Of a stretch of 64,000 nt of DNA, positions 1 to 9,744 are shown piece by piece. Position 1 is the first letter of the stretch. The number at the start of each line of letters is the position of its first letter. Below the pieces are notes generated by a model. That model saw only the letters and a program-made list of their open reading frames with translations, made no database searches and was not told the origin of the DNA. The position numbers and the translations under genes are program-made. The stretch covers positions 296,470-360,469 of the IMG/VR virus record IMGVR_UViG_3300022719_000071. One strand, given 5' to 3'. Source of the DNA: a virus. Taxonomy: Duplodnaviria > Caudoviricetes.

Positions 1-2
1 GA

Positions 3-107
3 CGCAAGGTTCTCTCCATTGTACCCACGGTCGTGAAGGAGGTCTTCTGTGTCGAAGAGCCGGTAACAACTGGATTCACATTAGCGAATGGTTTAGTGAC
101 TGGAAAC
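3..107 (+). mobile_element. C-terminal end of an intein (blocks F/G) inserted in NrdJ
   Basis: RKVLSIVPTVVKEVFCVEEPVTTGFTLANGLVTGN followed by Cys (nt 108-110); matches intein C-terminal splicing motif ending Asn|Cys. Confidence 0.8.
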
Positions 108-2114
108 TGCTCAACTTCCGCATCCAGCTTCGTGCTATTCTACCTTCTATTAAATGGTAGCGGTGTTGGTCGTTGTTACGATGATGATATGATGCTAGTG
201 AATTGGGACTATGCTCCTAATGTTCGCTGCGTAATCGATCACGAGCACAAAGACTTCGATTGGTCTGCACACGAATCTCTACGTGATGCCAAACACAAAT
301 ATGGAACCGGCAAGGATGTGATGTGGTTCGAGGTACCCGATTCTCGTGAGGGCTGGGCCAAAGCTCTTGAGATTTGGGAGAATGCTGCTTTTCAGAAAGT
401 TCACGCAAACAAGCTCCTCATCCTGGACTTCACCAAGGTGCGCTCGAAGGGATCTCCAATCGGTGGTATGCAAGATCGTCCCTCTTCCGGTCCTGTTCCG
501 TTAATGAATGCGTTCCATAAGGCCGCAACTCTGAAAGGTGCTGGTCTTGAACGCTGGCGTCAATCACTATACATCGATCATTATTTCGCAGAATGCGTGT
601 TAGTGGGTGGTGCCAGACGCAGTGCAAGAATGAGCACAAAATCATGGCGTGATACTTCAGTTCTTGATTTCATTACTGTAAAACGTCCAATCGAATATGA
701 TGGATTGAACATGGATGAGATTGTGGAACTACGTGCTGATAATCCATTTCCACCGACTGGTTTCTTATGGTCATCCAATAATAGCGTAACTGCTGATGAA
801 GAATTTTGGAAACTTGTTAATCTAAAGAGAAACGAAAAGGGTTTTCACGATGAATTGGCACAACATGCCCGTCGTGTTATGCGCAAGCTTTCTGAATCTT
901 CATATGCTGATGGCACAGGAGAACCAGGAATTATCAATGTTGATAAACTCGTTCAGAAGGAAGACGGTTGGAATACGTTGACCACTGGTGATTACGTCGG
1001 ATCGGAGAAGTATCAGCTTGAGGAGGAAACCGAGTTATACATGAGCCGATTGGCACGTAAGGCCAAGCGCAAGAAGCATCACATAATTACTAATCCTTGT
1101 GGTGAGATTGCGCTTACTATACTCGGTGGATATTGCACAATTGCTGATGTGGTTCCATTCCATGCAGACACCTTGGATGAAGCCGAGGAAGCCTTCAGAG
1201 CCGCTACACGGGCTCTCATCAGGGTAAACACCATGGACTGCCTGTACAAGAAGGAAGTCGAGCGTACGAATCGCATAGGCGTCGGTATGACCGGTGTTAT
1301 GGAATTCGCCTGGAAGTTCTTCAAGCTTGGGTTCCGTGATTTGATTGATGAGGAGAAGTCCAAGGACTTCTGGTTGACCCTGGCTCGTTTCAATCGTGCA
1401 GTCTATGAGGAGGCAGTAGCCTACTCCGAGAAGATTGGTGTATCGGTGCCTCACACTATGACTACCATTAAACCATCCGGAACGATTTCCAAGCTCTTTG
1501 GTTTGTGCGAAGGTTGGCACTTGCCTTCGATGAAGTGGTATGTGCGCTGGGTTCAGTTCCGTGATGATGATCCATTGATTGCCAAGTACCGTGCTGCCAA
1601 GTATCCAGTGCGTGAGCTAAAGCAATACCGAGGTCATGTCATCGTCGGTTTCCCAACTCAGCCAGTTGTGTCTACTATCATACCAGAAGATAAGCTGGTC
1701 ACTGCTGGTGAGGCTACTCCAGAAGAGCAGTATAAGTGGCTCATGCTTGGAGAGAAGTATTGGATTCATGGCACCGATGAGGAAGGCAATCCGGTAACTG
1801 ACCGTAACATCGGAAACCAGATTTCCTATACGCTCAAGTACAACACGGATAACGTTGACTACAAGCTCTTCAGGGAAATGCTGGTGAAGTATCAGAGCCA
1901 AATTCGTTGCTGTTCTGTAATGCCTCAATCTGATACATCTGCTTATGAGTATCAACCAGAACAGCCAGTGAACAAGGCTGAGTATGAAAAGATTGCTCAT
2001 GCTATTCAGATGGAACTGGAGGAGGATATTGGTAAGGAGCACGTTGATTGCGATTCTGGTTCTTGTCCAATTGATTTCAATACCGGAAGCAAGGACAACT
2101 CCAAGGCCGCATAA
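3..2114 (+). CDS. nrdJ: Class II (adenosylcobalamin-dependent) ribonucleotide reductase, 5'-truncated by window edge, intein-containing
   Basis: Frame open from nt 3; motifs LLNGSGVG, AECVLVGGARRSA, TNPCGEI (thiyl-radical Cys), TIKPSGT, C-terminal CDSGSCP redox pair. Confidence 0.92.
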   Translation, partial: RKVLSIVPTVVKEVFCVEEPVTTGFTLANGLVTGNCSTSASSFVLFYLLLNGSGVGRCYDDDMMLVNWDYAPNVRCVIDHEHKDFDWSAHESLRDAKHKYGTGKDVMWFEVPDSREGWAKALEIWENAAFQKVHANKLLILDFTKVRSKGSPIGGMQDRPSSGPVPLMNAFHKAATLKGAGLERWRQSLYIDHYFAECVLVGGARRSARMSTKSWRDTSVLDFITVKRPIEYDGLNMDEIVELRADNPFPPTGFLWSSNNSVTADEEFWKLVNLKRNEKGFHDELAQHARRVMRKLSESSYADGTGEPGIINVDKLVQKEDGWNTLTTGDYVGSEKYQLEEETELYMSRLARKAKRKKHHIITNPCGEIALTILGGYCTIADVVPFHADTLDEAEEAFRAATRALIRVNTMDCLYKKEVERTNRIGVGMTGVMEFAWKFFKLGFRDLIDEEKSKDFWLTLARFNRAVYEEAVAYSEKIGVSVPHTMTTIKPSGTISKLFGLCEGWHLPSMKWYVRWVQFRDDDPLIAKYRAAKYPVRELKQYRGHVIVGFPTQPVVSTIIPEDKLVTAGEATPEEQYKWLMLGEKYWIHGTDEEGNPVTDRNIGNQISYTLKYNTDNVDYKLFREMLVKYQSQIRCCSVMPQSDTSAYEYQPEQPVNKAEYEKIAHAIQMELEEDIGKEHVDCDSGSCPIDFNTGSKDNSKAA

Positions 2115-2122
2115 GCTATTGC

Positions 2123-2154
2123 GGGGGCGGGTTTACAGTTGTAAACCCGCCCCT
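2123..2154 (+). terminator. Hairpin after nrdJ, probable terminator
   Basis: GGGGCGGGTTTACA-GT-TGTAAACCCGCCCC, 14-bp perfect arms 9 nt after the stop. Confidence 0.7.
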
Positions 2155-2193
2155 TCTGCGGTAAATACTTCTTGTAACGAGAGGTATGACCAT

Positions 2194-2577
2194 ATGGCTG
2201 CACCACCAAACATCTATTCCGTTGTTGTTTTTGACCTAAAGCCAAAGGTCAAGGATTACATTGACAAACTCAATGATGCGGGTCAGATTGACTTAGACGA
2301 GAATGGTTATCCATATCTCGTGAAAGTCGAACAGCAAGGACCAAATCATGTGTGTCACATCGTACGCAATGGCAAGATGGAAAACTTCATCTTGAACACC
2401 CGACGTAAGTCCGATCCTATTACATCGTGGAATGGTGCTGACGGATACAAGCGCACTGGTGGTAAGAAAGTTGTGGTTGTTTCGACCAACTCCGAAGAAA
2501 AGCCCCGTGGTGAGAGAGCGAAGAGGCGTTCCTTCGAGTCTTTTCGTCGTTTGACCAATCAGCTTCTACAAGGATAA
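2194..2577 (+). CDS. Hypothetical protein
   Basis: ATG after GAGGT and TAAATA (2162); ORF-track start 1984 overlaps nrdJ. Confidence 0.6.
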   Translation: MAAPPNIYSVVVFDLKPKVKDYIDKLNDAGQIDLDENGYPYLVKVEQQGPNHVCHIVRNGKMENFILNTRRKSDPITSWNGADGYKRTGGKKVVVVSTNSEEKPRGERAKRRSFESFRRLTNQLLQG

Positions 2578-2581
2578 CACC

Positions 2582-2905
2582 ATGCACCCCTCCCTGGCTA
2601 ATCAAGATGAACCACGCATTTTCTTCCAGGTGATGGTTCAATACGAGAATTGCGAAGCAACCTCAGCGATTCCAGAAGAATCAAGACAGTTAGTATCGGA
2701 GGCCATCAGGGATTTGCCTAGAGCCAGTAAGGTGGCGCAACACACAATTCAGGCTATACAAATGAAGTTCCCCGGTTCAGAGCTAGTAGAGATATCACTT
2801 GACCAAGCAAAAGATGGGTATCATCTTGCTATTATAGACAATGAAAACTGTTTGGCACGAGTTGGCATCGTAGCTGTAGATTACAGCGAGGAGACTTTAC
2901 ACTAA
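2582..2905 (+). CDS. Hypothetical protein
   Basis: ORF tightly packed in operon. Confidence 0.6.
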   Translation: MHPSLANQDEPRIFFQVMVQYENCEATSAIPEESRQLVSEAIRDLPRASKVAQHTIQAIQMKFPGSELVEISLDQAKDGYHLAIIDNENCLARVGIVAVDYSEETLH

Positions 2906-3420
2906 TGGCTAAGCGTCGTAAGAAGGTATCAGAGGAGACATATAATGTCACCAAGCATCGTTCTAATGTAGGTGATATGGATACCGATTCTGAAACTGTT
3001 GATGCTGCCAATAGCGCCGAGGCTGCTGAGAAATCGATTGCGGATGATCCACGTGCTGGCCGTTACCAGAAGGTAGAGATAGAAAAGTCCAAGGGAGGAA
3101 CGAGTCGAGTTAGAACTGAACCCAGAACGACATCTGCGATTCAGTCCAAAACCGAACCTATGAATACTAGCCTGGAAAGTATTAGCTACCCGTATAACAT
3201 TGGTCTTCCGAAAGAATTCGAGCCATTGATTGAAGCTTTAACCAAAAAGACAAAGAAATCTCTTGATATTCGGGAGCGATATTCAAGACTACATATAACA
3301 GTGCCAAATGCCTTAGCAATGAAGGAATTGGTGGAAGAACTAGGCAAGAAGTCTCGTGGCCGCACCAAGGTGAAGTCTATTGCTGGTGTGATATACGAAG
3401 GCATAACTAAATCAATTTGA
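2905..3420 (+). CDS. Hypothetical protein
   Basis: Stop/start overlap with upstream gene. Confidence 0.65.
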   Translation: MAKRRKKVSEETYNVTKHRSNVGDMDTDSETVDAANSAEAAEKSIADDPRAGRYQKVEIEKSKGGTSRVRTEPRTTSAIQSKTEPMNTSLESISYPYNIGLPKEFEPLIEALTKKTKKSLDIRERYSRLHITVPNALAMKELVEELGKKSRGRTKVKSIAGVIYEGITKSI

Positions 3421-3421
3421 T

Positions 3422-4141
3422 ATGACAAACCTAACATTATCTGGATGGAAAAGGTCTGTAGCTGCGGGAGTCGTAGAGACTATCCCGTTGCAAGATTTCG
3501 AGTCTGCATTTCTTCTTGCCGAAGATTTCCTCAGCACGCAGGGAGGATGGAATCCGGATGATGCTGGGGATCCCACCGGACCCGGTGTACCGGTATCGGG
3601 GATCACTACCGAAGAAGCCATAATTCTCATTTTCCAACAACAGACCAATCGCATCTACAAGGTGGTTATTAATGGTACAATGGAGTTCAGTGTCATTCTT
3701 AACGAAAACCTTTCAATTGGTCTTTCTGACAATGATGTAATAAGCAGCGTTACCACTGTCCTGGAGGATTTTGTAGAAGCTCAGCTAGAGAACACCAATA
3801 TCGAATTGGTCAGCATCCCGAGCTTCACTGGAACAGTCACGAGCGGTCCCACAACCGCTTCTGAGCGTGTTTCTCTGCAATCCAGCATCACCGGGGGAGG
3901 TAAGTTAATCGATCCCAAGGCAATCGCCCTGGTGGCTGCACGTGCTAGGTTCAATCTTGACAATACGCACAACGTGCAATATCTATACACTGAGAGTGGA
4001 AAGGATATTTTCGTATTGGTAACTAAATATCTAACAACTCAATACACGACGATTGACACGTCTGCTGACAGTCGTTATGGAATCAAACTTGATACCGATA
4101 GTTTCCGAGTTACTACCGGTGTCACTCTCCCTAACTCGTGA
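3422..4141 (+). CDS. Hypothetical protein
   Basis: 239-aa ORF in packed operon. Confidence 0.65.
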   Translation: MTNLTLSGWKRSVAAGVVETIPLQDFESAFLLAEDFLSTQGGWNPDDAGDPTGPGVPVSGITTEEAIILIFQQQTNRIYKVVINGTMEFSVILNENLSIGLSDNDVISSVTTVLEDFVEAQLENTNIELVSIPSFTGTVTSGPTTASERVSLQSSITGGGKLIDPKAIALVAARARFNLDNTHNVQYLYTESGKDIFVLVTKYLTTQYTTIDTSADSRYGIKLDTDSFRVTTGVTLPNS

Positions 4142-4157
4142 TCTGTAGGAGTTCATA

Positions 4158-4445
4158 ATGGATTACAAGAAAATCGTTGAAGGTAAGCAGATACTGTTTC
4201 TCATTCCAGTGACCGATATCGATAACGGAAGTGTATATTTGGACGTGACCCGACTTGCTAAGAATGCAATCAACAAGGATCGTCGCAATTTCTATGACTC
4301 AGAGAATGGGCCAAACTTCTTCATTGAAATTCAACGTGCTAGTGAATACGCCGAATACATTCGGGAGTGTGGCGTCACAAGCTACAACTATCACAAGTTC
4401 AACACACGACGTGGGTACTCCCTATTCATTCAATCCGATGTATAA
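4158..4445 (+). CDS. Hypothetical protein
   Basis: AGGAG RBS upstream. Confidence 0.65.
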   Translation: MDYKKIVEGKQILFLIPVTDIDNGSVYLDVTRLAKNAINKDRRNFYDSENGPNFFIEIQRASEYAEYIRECGVTSYNYHKFNTRRGYSLFIQSDV

Positions 4446-4878
4446 CATCATCTACTCTAGTGAAGCTGATCGAAATAGATTGCAGGTATTGCAAGAACTA
4501 CTTCCTTTAGCTCAAACCGAATACGAACAGAGTAAGATTCTTCAAGAAATAGAAGAGATCAAAGGCCGTCAGAAGCCATTACACGAATGCACATTAGAGG
4601 AATGCACTGAGCTTAGGACTACCATATATAGTAAGTTCGAGAAGTTAACCCGTATTGGTAAGACTGGACATGCGATAGGTTTCAAGCGAATGATGGGCGA
4701 GATCGAACGAAGGATGGCTACGATCCAAATGGAGATGACGAAGGAAGAGTTAGAGAGGAAGAAGACCAAGGTCGAAACCAAACCTGAACAGCAGGGCAAA
4801 GATGAAACCAGCAAACGTAAATCTCCAGCACGGACAGGTTCAAGTCGTTGGACCACTGGTGTAGGAAAACTAGACTGA
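4438..4878 (+). CDS. Hypothetical helical protein
   Basis: ATG overlapping the upstream stop; start chosen inside track ORF 4255. Confidence 0.55.
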   Translation: MYNIIYSSEADRNRLQVLQELLPLAQTEYEQSKILQEIEEIKGRQKPLHECTLEECTELRTTIYSKFEKLTRIGKTGHAIGFKRMMGEIERRMATIQMEMTKEELERKKTKVETKPEQQGKDETSKRKSPARTGSSRWTTGVGKLD

Positions 4879-4947
4879 TGAAGATTCAGTTAACCTTGCT
4901 GCTTCCGAAGTTCACGATCAAGATTTCATCACACTGGATACCGTTGT

Positions 4948-5220
4948 ATGAAACTAGCAAGCATAAAGCTCCAACACGGACAGGTTCAAGTTGTTGGTCC
5001 CCCTGAATTGGTAGCTTGGATTAAGTTGTTGCAAAACACCAAGAAAACACCCGAGGATAAACAGCATATATACAATGAACAGATGGCTAATTGGTACATC
5101 ATCTGTTCAGTGACCGGTGAGCAAATCCTGCTGTGTGATCTGCACTACTGGAATGTGGAGACTGGTGCCGTGTACAAGTGTCCGCAAGTCATGCCATTGC
5201 ATGACCGATACGAAAAGTGA
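4948..5220 (+). CDS. Hypothetical protein
   Basis: 90-aa ORF with several Cys/His. Confidence 0.5.
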   Translation: MKLASIKLQHGQVQVVGPPELVAWIKLLQNTKKTPEDKQHIYNEQMANWYIICSVTGEQILLCDLHYWNVETGAVYKCPQVMPLHDRYEK

Positions 5221-5237
5221 TCACTACATGTTGTGGC

Positions 5238-5265
5238 TTGACTTCAAAGTCATACGACATATATT
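5238..5265 (+). promoter_or_regulatory. sigma70-like promoter
   Basis: TTGACT-N16-TATATT upstream of 5293. Confidence 0.5.
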
Positions 5266-5292
5266 GATTGCATCCCACGATGAGGAGATGCC

Positions 5293-6477
5293 ATGAGCAA
5301 GAATACAAAGAACATTCGACATCAGAAACCAGACATTCCAAGTTTGATCGAGTCGAAGGGTGTCGAGTACAGTGCTCAAGATTGCATCGATGAACTCATT
5401 AAACTAGCTGATGACTTCCCTGAAAGAGCTATCACCCGTGATTTCTTCCGAAGAAACTCCAACCTGCCAGAATCGGTATACACCGGATTCTTTGGTACTT
5501 TCCCCGAGTTTCTTCGTGCTGCTGGATTGCAACATTCCCGAGCAGCAAACAAGATTCGTAATCAGATCGCACGTCATGCTGCTATCGATGAACTGAAAGA
5601 GGTCAGTTATACCCGAATAGGTCTTGATGAGCTATATGTTCGTAAGGACAAGAAGCGTTTCAAGACGATGGTTGCTTGTTCTGATTTACACGATGAAGAA
5701 TGTGACCCATTTTACCTGAGAGTATTGATCGATACGATCCGAAATGTCAAACCTGATGTTGTATGTCTGAACGGTGACATCTTCGATGTTCCAGAGTTTG
5801 GCAAATACAGCATAGATCCACGTGAGTGGGATGTAGTTAGCCGCCTACAGACTGGTCTTGAAATCATTGCACAGATCCGTGAGGCAGCCGGTGAGGCACA
5901 GATTGACTTCATCGAGGGTAATCACGAAGCCCGTGTCATTCGCCATCTACTGGAGGCAGACCCTGGTTTGCGTGCGGTACTATCTGGCTTGCACGAGTTC
6001 GATCTACGGAAGCTCTTCAAGCTGGACCAGTATGAAGTCAACTACGTTGCCAACTGCGATCTGTTCACGTTCACTGATGCTCAGCAACGCAAAGAAGTTT
6101 CCAAGAACTACAAGCTGTATTGGGGATGTGTGATGGCACATCACTTCCCTCACGGGAAACAGTATGGTACTCCGGGTTTTAACGGACATCACCACAAGCA
6201 CCAGGTATGGTCTGAGCACAACATGAACTATGGTGCATACGAGTGGCATCAGACTGGTGGTGGTCATATTCGTGAGGCAAGCTATTGTGATGGTTCGAAG
6301 TGGAACAATGGTTTCCTAGTGGTAGTTGCTGATACTCAGAACAAGAGTGTTGTGTTCGATTATTCGTCAGTCGAGGACACATTTGCTATATCTGCCGGAA
6401 AGATTTACTCCCGTGAGCCAGATGAGTTCTATCCTGCCCTATCCAAAGAGCTTGATTTGCGAAAGGCTAACTCCTGA
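5293..6477 (+). CDS. Calcineurin-like metallophosphoesterase with N-terminal helical (homing-endonuclease-associated repeat-like) domain
   Basis: DLHD, NGDIFD, GNHE, HHFPH, GHHH motifs; N-terminal DCIDELIKLA...FGTFPEFLRAAGL. Confidence 0.8.
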   Translation: MSKNTKNIRHQKPDIPSLIESKGVEYSAQDCIDELIKLADDFPERAITRDFFRRNSNLPESVYTGFFGTFPEFLRAAGLQHSRAANKIRNQIARHAAIDELKEVSYTRIGLDELYVRKDKKRFKTMVACSDLHDEECDPFYLRVLIDTIRNVKPDVVCLNGDIFDVPEFGKYSIDPREWDVVSRLQTGLEIIAQIREAAGEAQIDFIEGNHEARVIRHLLEADPGLRAVLSGLHEFDLRKLFKLDQYEVNYVANCDLFTFTDAQQRKEVSKNYKLYWGCVMAHHFPHGKQYGTPGFNGHHHKHQVWSEHNMNYGAYEWHQTGGGHIREASYCDGSKWNNGFLVVVADTQNKSVVFDYSSVEDTFAISAGKIYSREPDEFYPALSKELDLRKANS

Positions 6478-6496
6478 ACCTGTCTAAATACAGGTC

Positions 6497-9124
6497 ATGA
6501 ACAAACCAAATCTGCTCTTCGAAGGGCTCAGGATCCCCAGAAAGGTGTTCGATCAGTTCCTCTCCAAAGTGGAGGATGAGAAACTATTTCGACTTGGGTT
6601 CGAGGTCGAGTTCTATGCCGATGATGATTCTCTGAGTGGTAATCAAGTTGCCGACTTAAGTGAGCTTTCCGTTCGGGAAGCCATGGAATACTTCTATGAG
6701 CACGATATCAATATAGATAAGATGTATGAGTGGGCATCCGACCATGAGGAAGAATTACTAAGAGAAGCCGGATACACCCGTGAAGAGATTGAGAAAGAAA
6801 TCATTGATGACTGGTTTGATGATAATCCCGACTGGTACCAGGAATATCTAGAAGAAGAAGGCGAGTGGGATGACGAGGAGGAAGAGCCTGCTGAGGATGC
6901 CACTGATGAAGGGACTGCCAGGGAGGAAGTAGAGCTTGATATTCGTAACGGCAGAAAGGTCTGGTCTCGATACGATAACTTCGATAGTAAAATCAATGAT
7001 AGAATTAGCGAGATTTTTGATAACGTTGATATCGCTCAGGCATGGTGGGAAGATAACCGCTGGGAACTTATGCGTGAAAATAATTGGGAGCTAAGTGACG
7101 AGTATCGCCATGATGAAGTGGACGAGGACATCATTCGTGAATATGGTGGCGGTTTAGAAGGCATCGCTAATGATCTGAATGATGTAGTAGATGGTTATGT
7201 GTCTTCGGATGAAGGAGGATACTCTTCGAGCACCGAGAATTGGGTAGTCAAACCAGACGGCTCGCTTTCTGAAAACGGTGTTGAGATCGCATCTCCGATA
7301 TTTCCATTCTTTGCTGGCATCGAAGAAATGGAGAAGGTGTTTGATTGGATTGATCGCAACAGATATTACACTGATGAATCCACGGGACTTCACGTTAGTA
7401 TGTCCTTCACCGAAGAAAAAGCATTCGATGATATCGATTGGGTGAAAGTTGCCTTGCTATCCGGTGAAGAATATATGCTTCAGTTATTCAACCGATCTAC
7501 TAATCAATATACTACGTCCCAATTAAAGAACATGCAGGTTGCTGCTAAGAAAGGCAAGTTGGGCGATTTGAATAGCATGCGTTCCTTCCAAGAACTCAAA
7601 GATAAGTTTGCTGATGGCATCGCAACCGGTGAAAAATACAGTTCGTTCAATCTATCAGACTATGGAAGCGGTGGTCGTGTGGAGTGGAGAATCATAGGTG
7701 GACATCAATACCATCAACTGTTCAATACTGTAAAGGACAATGTTTTGAAGATGGCATTCGCCATGTACATAGGTTCGGAACCCGAGTTGTTCAAAGAACA
7801 ATACTTGCGGTCATTAGGGAGACTGCTTTCTCGTGTTACGGCGACTAAAGATGATCCTTTGAAAAGTAAAAGCGAACTTCTATATGGTAATGATGAAGAG
7901 GCTGCAATCCTATCTCGCAATCCATTGTACAAGTATGCCGTCCAGCTTTTGAAAAGTGACAAATCTATGATGACCGCATACAAAAACGTTACACTGGCTG
8001 GTGAGAGAATGCGAGATGAAGATGCTAATGCAAAACAGAGATTCGAATTCACTAAAGCCATGGGTGTCTTTGCTATGCTAGTCAGTAAAGTTGAAGCTAC
8101 TGAATATACTAAGAAGCTATTCCCATACTTGCAAGAAGAAGCGTACACCGAAAACCTAACGGTCCAACGGATAAGAAAAGTAGCTAGAAGAACTGCCAAT
8201 CACTACGGTTATACTGGTGCGGACTTCAAGGATGATTTGCATGTGGATCCCGTAACTGCATTGGCAACTCATTATCCTATAGCTGATCACATATCCGGTC
8301 TTAATCTATTAACTCGTGCTGCGGTATTGTTTGCTGATATGGATGACACTCACCAGCAACGAAAGATGGAGTTCATGAAGTATGTTCCTGGACTTCGAAA
8401 GTTCACAGCACAGTCCACCACTGAACTCATTCTAGCAATTGCTCTTTCTACCAAGAAGGACCAACAAGAACCAATGGCAGGATCTATATCTGACGCTATT
8501 GTATCATCAGTTGAATCCAATAATCTGGATGAGAAGAACTTGCAATTCATCAAACAACTGATGGATGATATTGGTGTTGATGCTCAGGATGTTATGACCA
8601 ATACGAACTATGACAGAAAGAAGGAAGTTATCCGACAGGTACTAGGTTATGACATTGAGAAAGTAGCCGTCACAGCCGATAATGCATTGCAAGCGATCTC
8701 TCCTGAGTTGATTCCAGAAGTCAGTCTGGCCAAGATCATTACCGGACTTCAACATAACGATGCAGACGAACAATCGGTGGCGGCTTCATTGGCTGCTCTT
8801 TGGATTGGAAGGATCTCTGATAAATTAGAACGTGGAATATTCATCTCAAGTAGAGCCGTAAAAGGATTAAAGATATTCATAGTGACCTATAATCTAATAC
8901 AACGTTGGAACGAAGCGGGAATCTTCGATGCACCTATTGCTAAGAAAGTAATGAAAGTCCTAGATTTCGTAGACCCAGAACTAGCCATAACAGTTTCCCT
9001 ATCCAGGATTAAGGCTAGATTGGGTCCGGAGCAACCTGTTTTCCAGACCCCTCCGAGCAATCCTGTGGCCAACGTTACTGCGTGGACTCCGGAAGTGGCA
9101 GCACGTGGTACCGAAAACCCTTGA
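6497..9124 (+). CDS. Putative amidoligase (COOH-NH2 ligase type 2) with long acidic insertion
   Basis: LGFEVEF, WVVKPDGSL, GVEIASP, STGLHVSMS, KYSSFNL, RVEWRIIGG. Confidence 0.7.
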   Translation: MNKPNLLFEGLRIPRKVFDQFLSKVEDEKLFRLGFEVEFYADDDSLSGNQVADLSELSVREAMEYFYEHDINIDKMYEWASDHEEELLREAGYTREEIEKEIIDDWFDDNPDWYQEYLEEEGEWDDEEEEPAEDATDEGTAREEVELDIRNGRKVWSRYDNFDSKINDRISEIFDNVDIAQAWWEDNRWELMRENNWELSDEYRHDEVDEDIIREYGGGLEGIANDLNDVVDGYVSSDEGGYSSSTENWVVKPDGSLSENGVEIASPIFPFFAGIEEMEKVFDWIDRNRYYTDESTGLHVSMSFTEEKAFDDIDWVKVALLSGEEYMLQLFNRSTNQYTTSQLKNMQVAAKKGKLGDLNSMRSFQELKDKFADGIATGEKYSSFNLSDYGSGGRVEWRIIGGHQYHQLFNTVKDNVLKMAFAMYIGSEPELFKEQYLRSLGRLLSRVTATKDDPLKSKSELLYGNDEEAAILSRNPLYKYAVQLLKSDKSMMTAYKNVTLAGERMRDEDANAKQRFEFTKAMGVFAMLVSKVEATEYTKKLFPYLQEEAYTENLTVQRIRKVARRTANHYGYTGADFKDDLHVDPVTALATHYPIADHISGLNLLTRAAVLFADMDDTHQQRKMEFMKYVPGLRKFTAQSTTELILAIALSTKKDQQEPMAGSISDAIVSSVESNNLDEKNLQFIKQLMDDIGVDAQDVMTNTNYDRKKEVIRQVLGYDIEKVAVTADNALQAISPELIPEVSLAKIITGLQHNDADEQSVAASLAALWIGRISDKLERGIFISSRAVKGLKIFIVTYNLIQRWNEAGIFDAPIAKKVMKVLDFVDPELAITVSLSRIKARLGPEQPVFQTPPSNPVANVTAWTPEVAARGTENP

Positions 9125-9149
9125 CTAACTCTAAGTGATAGGGTACCTT
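9121..9149 (+). promoter_or_regulatory. sigma70-like promoter for clpS
   Basis: TTGACT-N17-TACCTT, 8 nt before the ATG. Confidence 0.55.
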
Positions 9150-9157
9150 ATAGACCC

Positions 9158-9496
9158 ATGAGCACTGAAAACGAAAATTTAGATGATGACGGATCCCTGG
9201 TAGTGGATCGTCCACCGGCAGAAGAGCGCAAGGATCTTGCGCCCCCGCCGAAGTACGCAGTAATGCTACTAAACGACGACTTCACTCCGATGGACTTCGT
9301 AATGGCAGTCCTCGTGAAATTCTTCTCGAAGTCTCAAGAGGAGGCTGAGAAGATCACCATGGAGGTACACGAGAAGGGGGAGGGGTTGGCCGGTATCTTC
9401 CCGAAGGATATCGCAGAGACCAAGGCGTCTCAGGTGTGTCACATTGCGCAGTCCAATGGACATCCGTTTAGGGCCGACGTGAAAGGTCTCCACTAA
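9158..9496 (+). CDS. clpS: ATP-dependent Clp protease adaptor ClpS
   Basis: PPKYAVMLLNDDFTPMDFV, TMEVHEKG, AETKASQV, GHPF. Confidence 0.95.
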   Translation: MSTENENLDDDGSLVVDRPPAEERKDLAPPPKYAVMLLNDDFTPMDFVMAVLVKFFSKSQEEAEKITMEVHEKGEGLAGIFPKDIAETKASQVCHIAQSNGHPFRADVKGLH

Positions 9497-9501
9497 ACCT
9501 A

Positions 9502-9532
9502 TTGACTTTACGGAGAACCTGCCCTATATAAT
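9502..9532 (+). promoter_or_regulatory. sigma70-like promoter driving Y-RNA-like RNAs and Ro60
   Basis: TTGACT (9502-07); TATATA at 17-nt spacing and TATAAT (9527-32) at 19-nt spacing. Confidence 0.7.
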
Positions 9533-9536
9533 ACAC

Positions 9537-9612
9537 AAGACCTGGGTCGAAGCTGTTTCGTTATCGTAATTGGTACATTAAAAGCGGAACAGCAGAACCT
9601 TATCCGGGGCTT
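9537..9612 (+). ncRNA. Y-RNA-like RNA 1
   Basis: GTCGAAG motif (9546-52); GCTGTTTCG/CGGAACAGC stem; basal stem AAGACCTGG/CCGGGGCTT; directly upstream of Ro60; ends approximate. Confidence 0.65.
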
Positions 9613-9622
9613 AATTTTTGAA

Positions 9623-9738
9623 GGCTGCGAGCCGAACGACAGATCATTATCGTTCATGTATAAACGGCGAGATGGTTCGATTCCATCATAGGTCTGGCGA
9701 CACGTTAAAATTGGTCTGGCACCAACTTGTTCGCAACC
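9623..9738 (+). ncRNA. YrlA-like Y RNA with tRNA-mimic domain
   Basis: GCCGAACG motif (9631-38); T-arm GATGG-TTCGATT-CCATC (9671-87); D-loop-like AATTGGT downstream of it; closing stem TGCGAGC/GTTCGCA; CAGATC/GGTCTG stem. Confidence 0.75.
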
Positions 9739-9744
9739 AAGAAG

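Noticed and set aside
9660-9725. tRNA gene suggested by GGTTCGATTCC
   Set aside because: No anticodon arm, D-loop-like motif lies 3' of the T-arm, no acceptor end; fits YrlA instead
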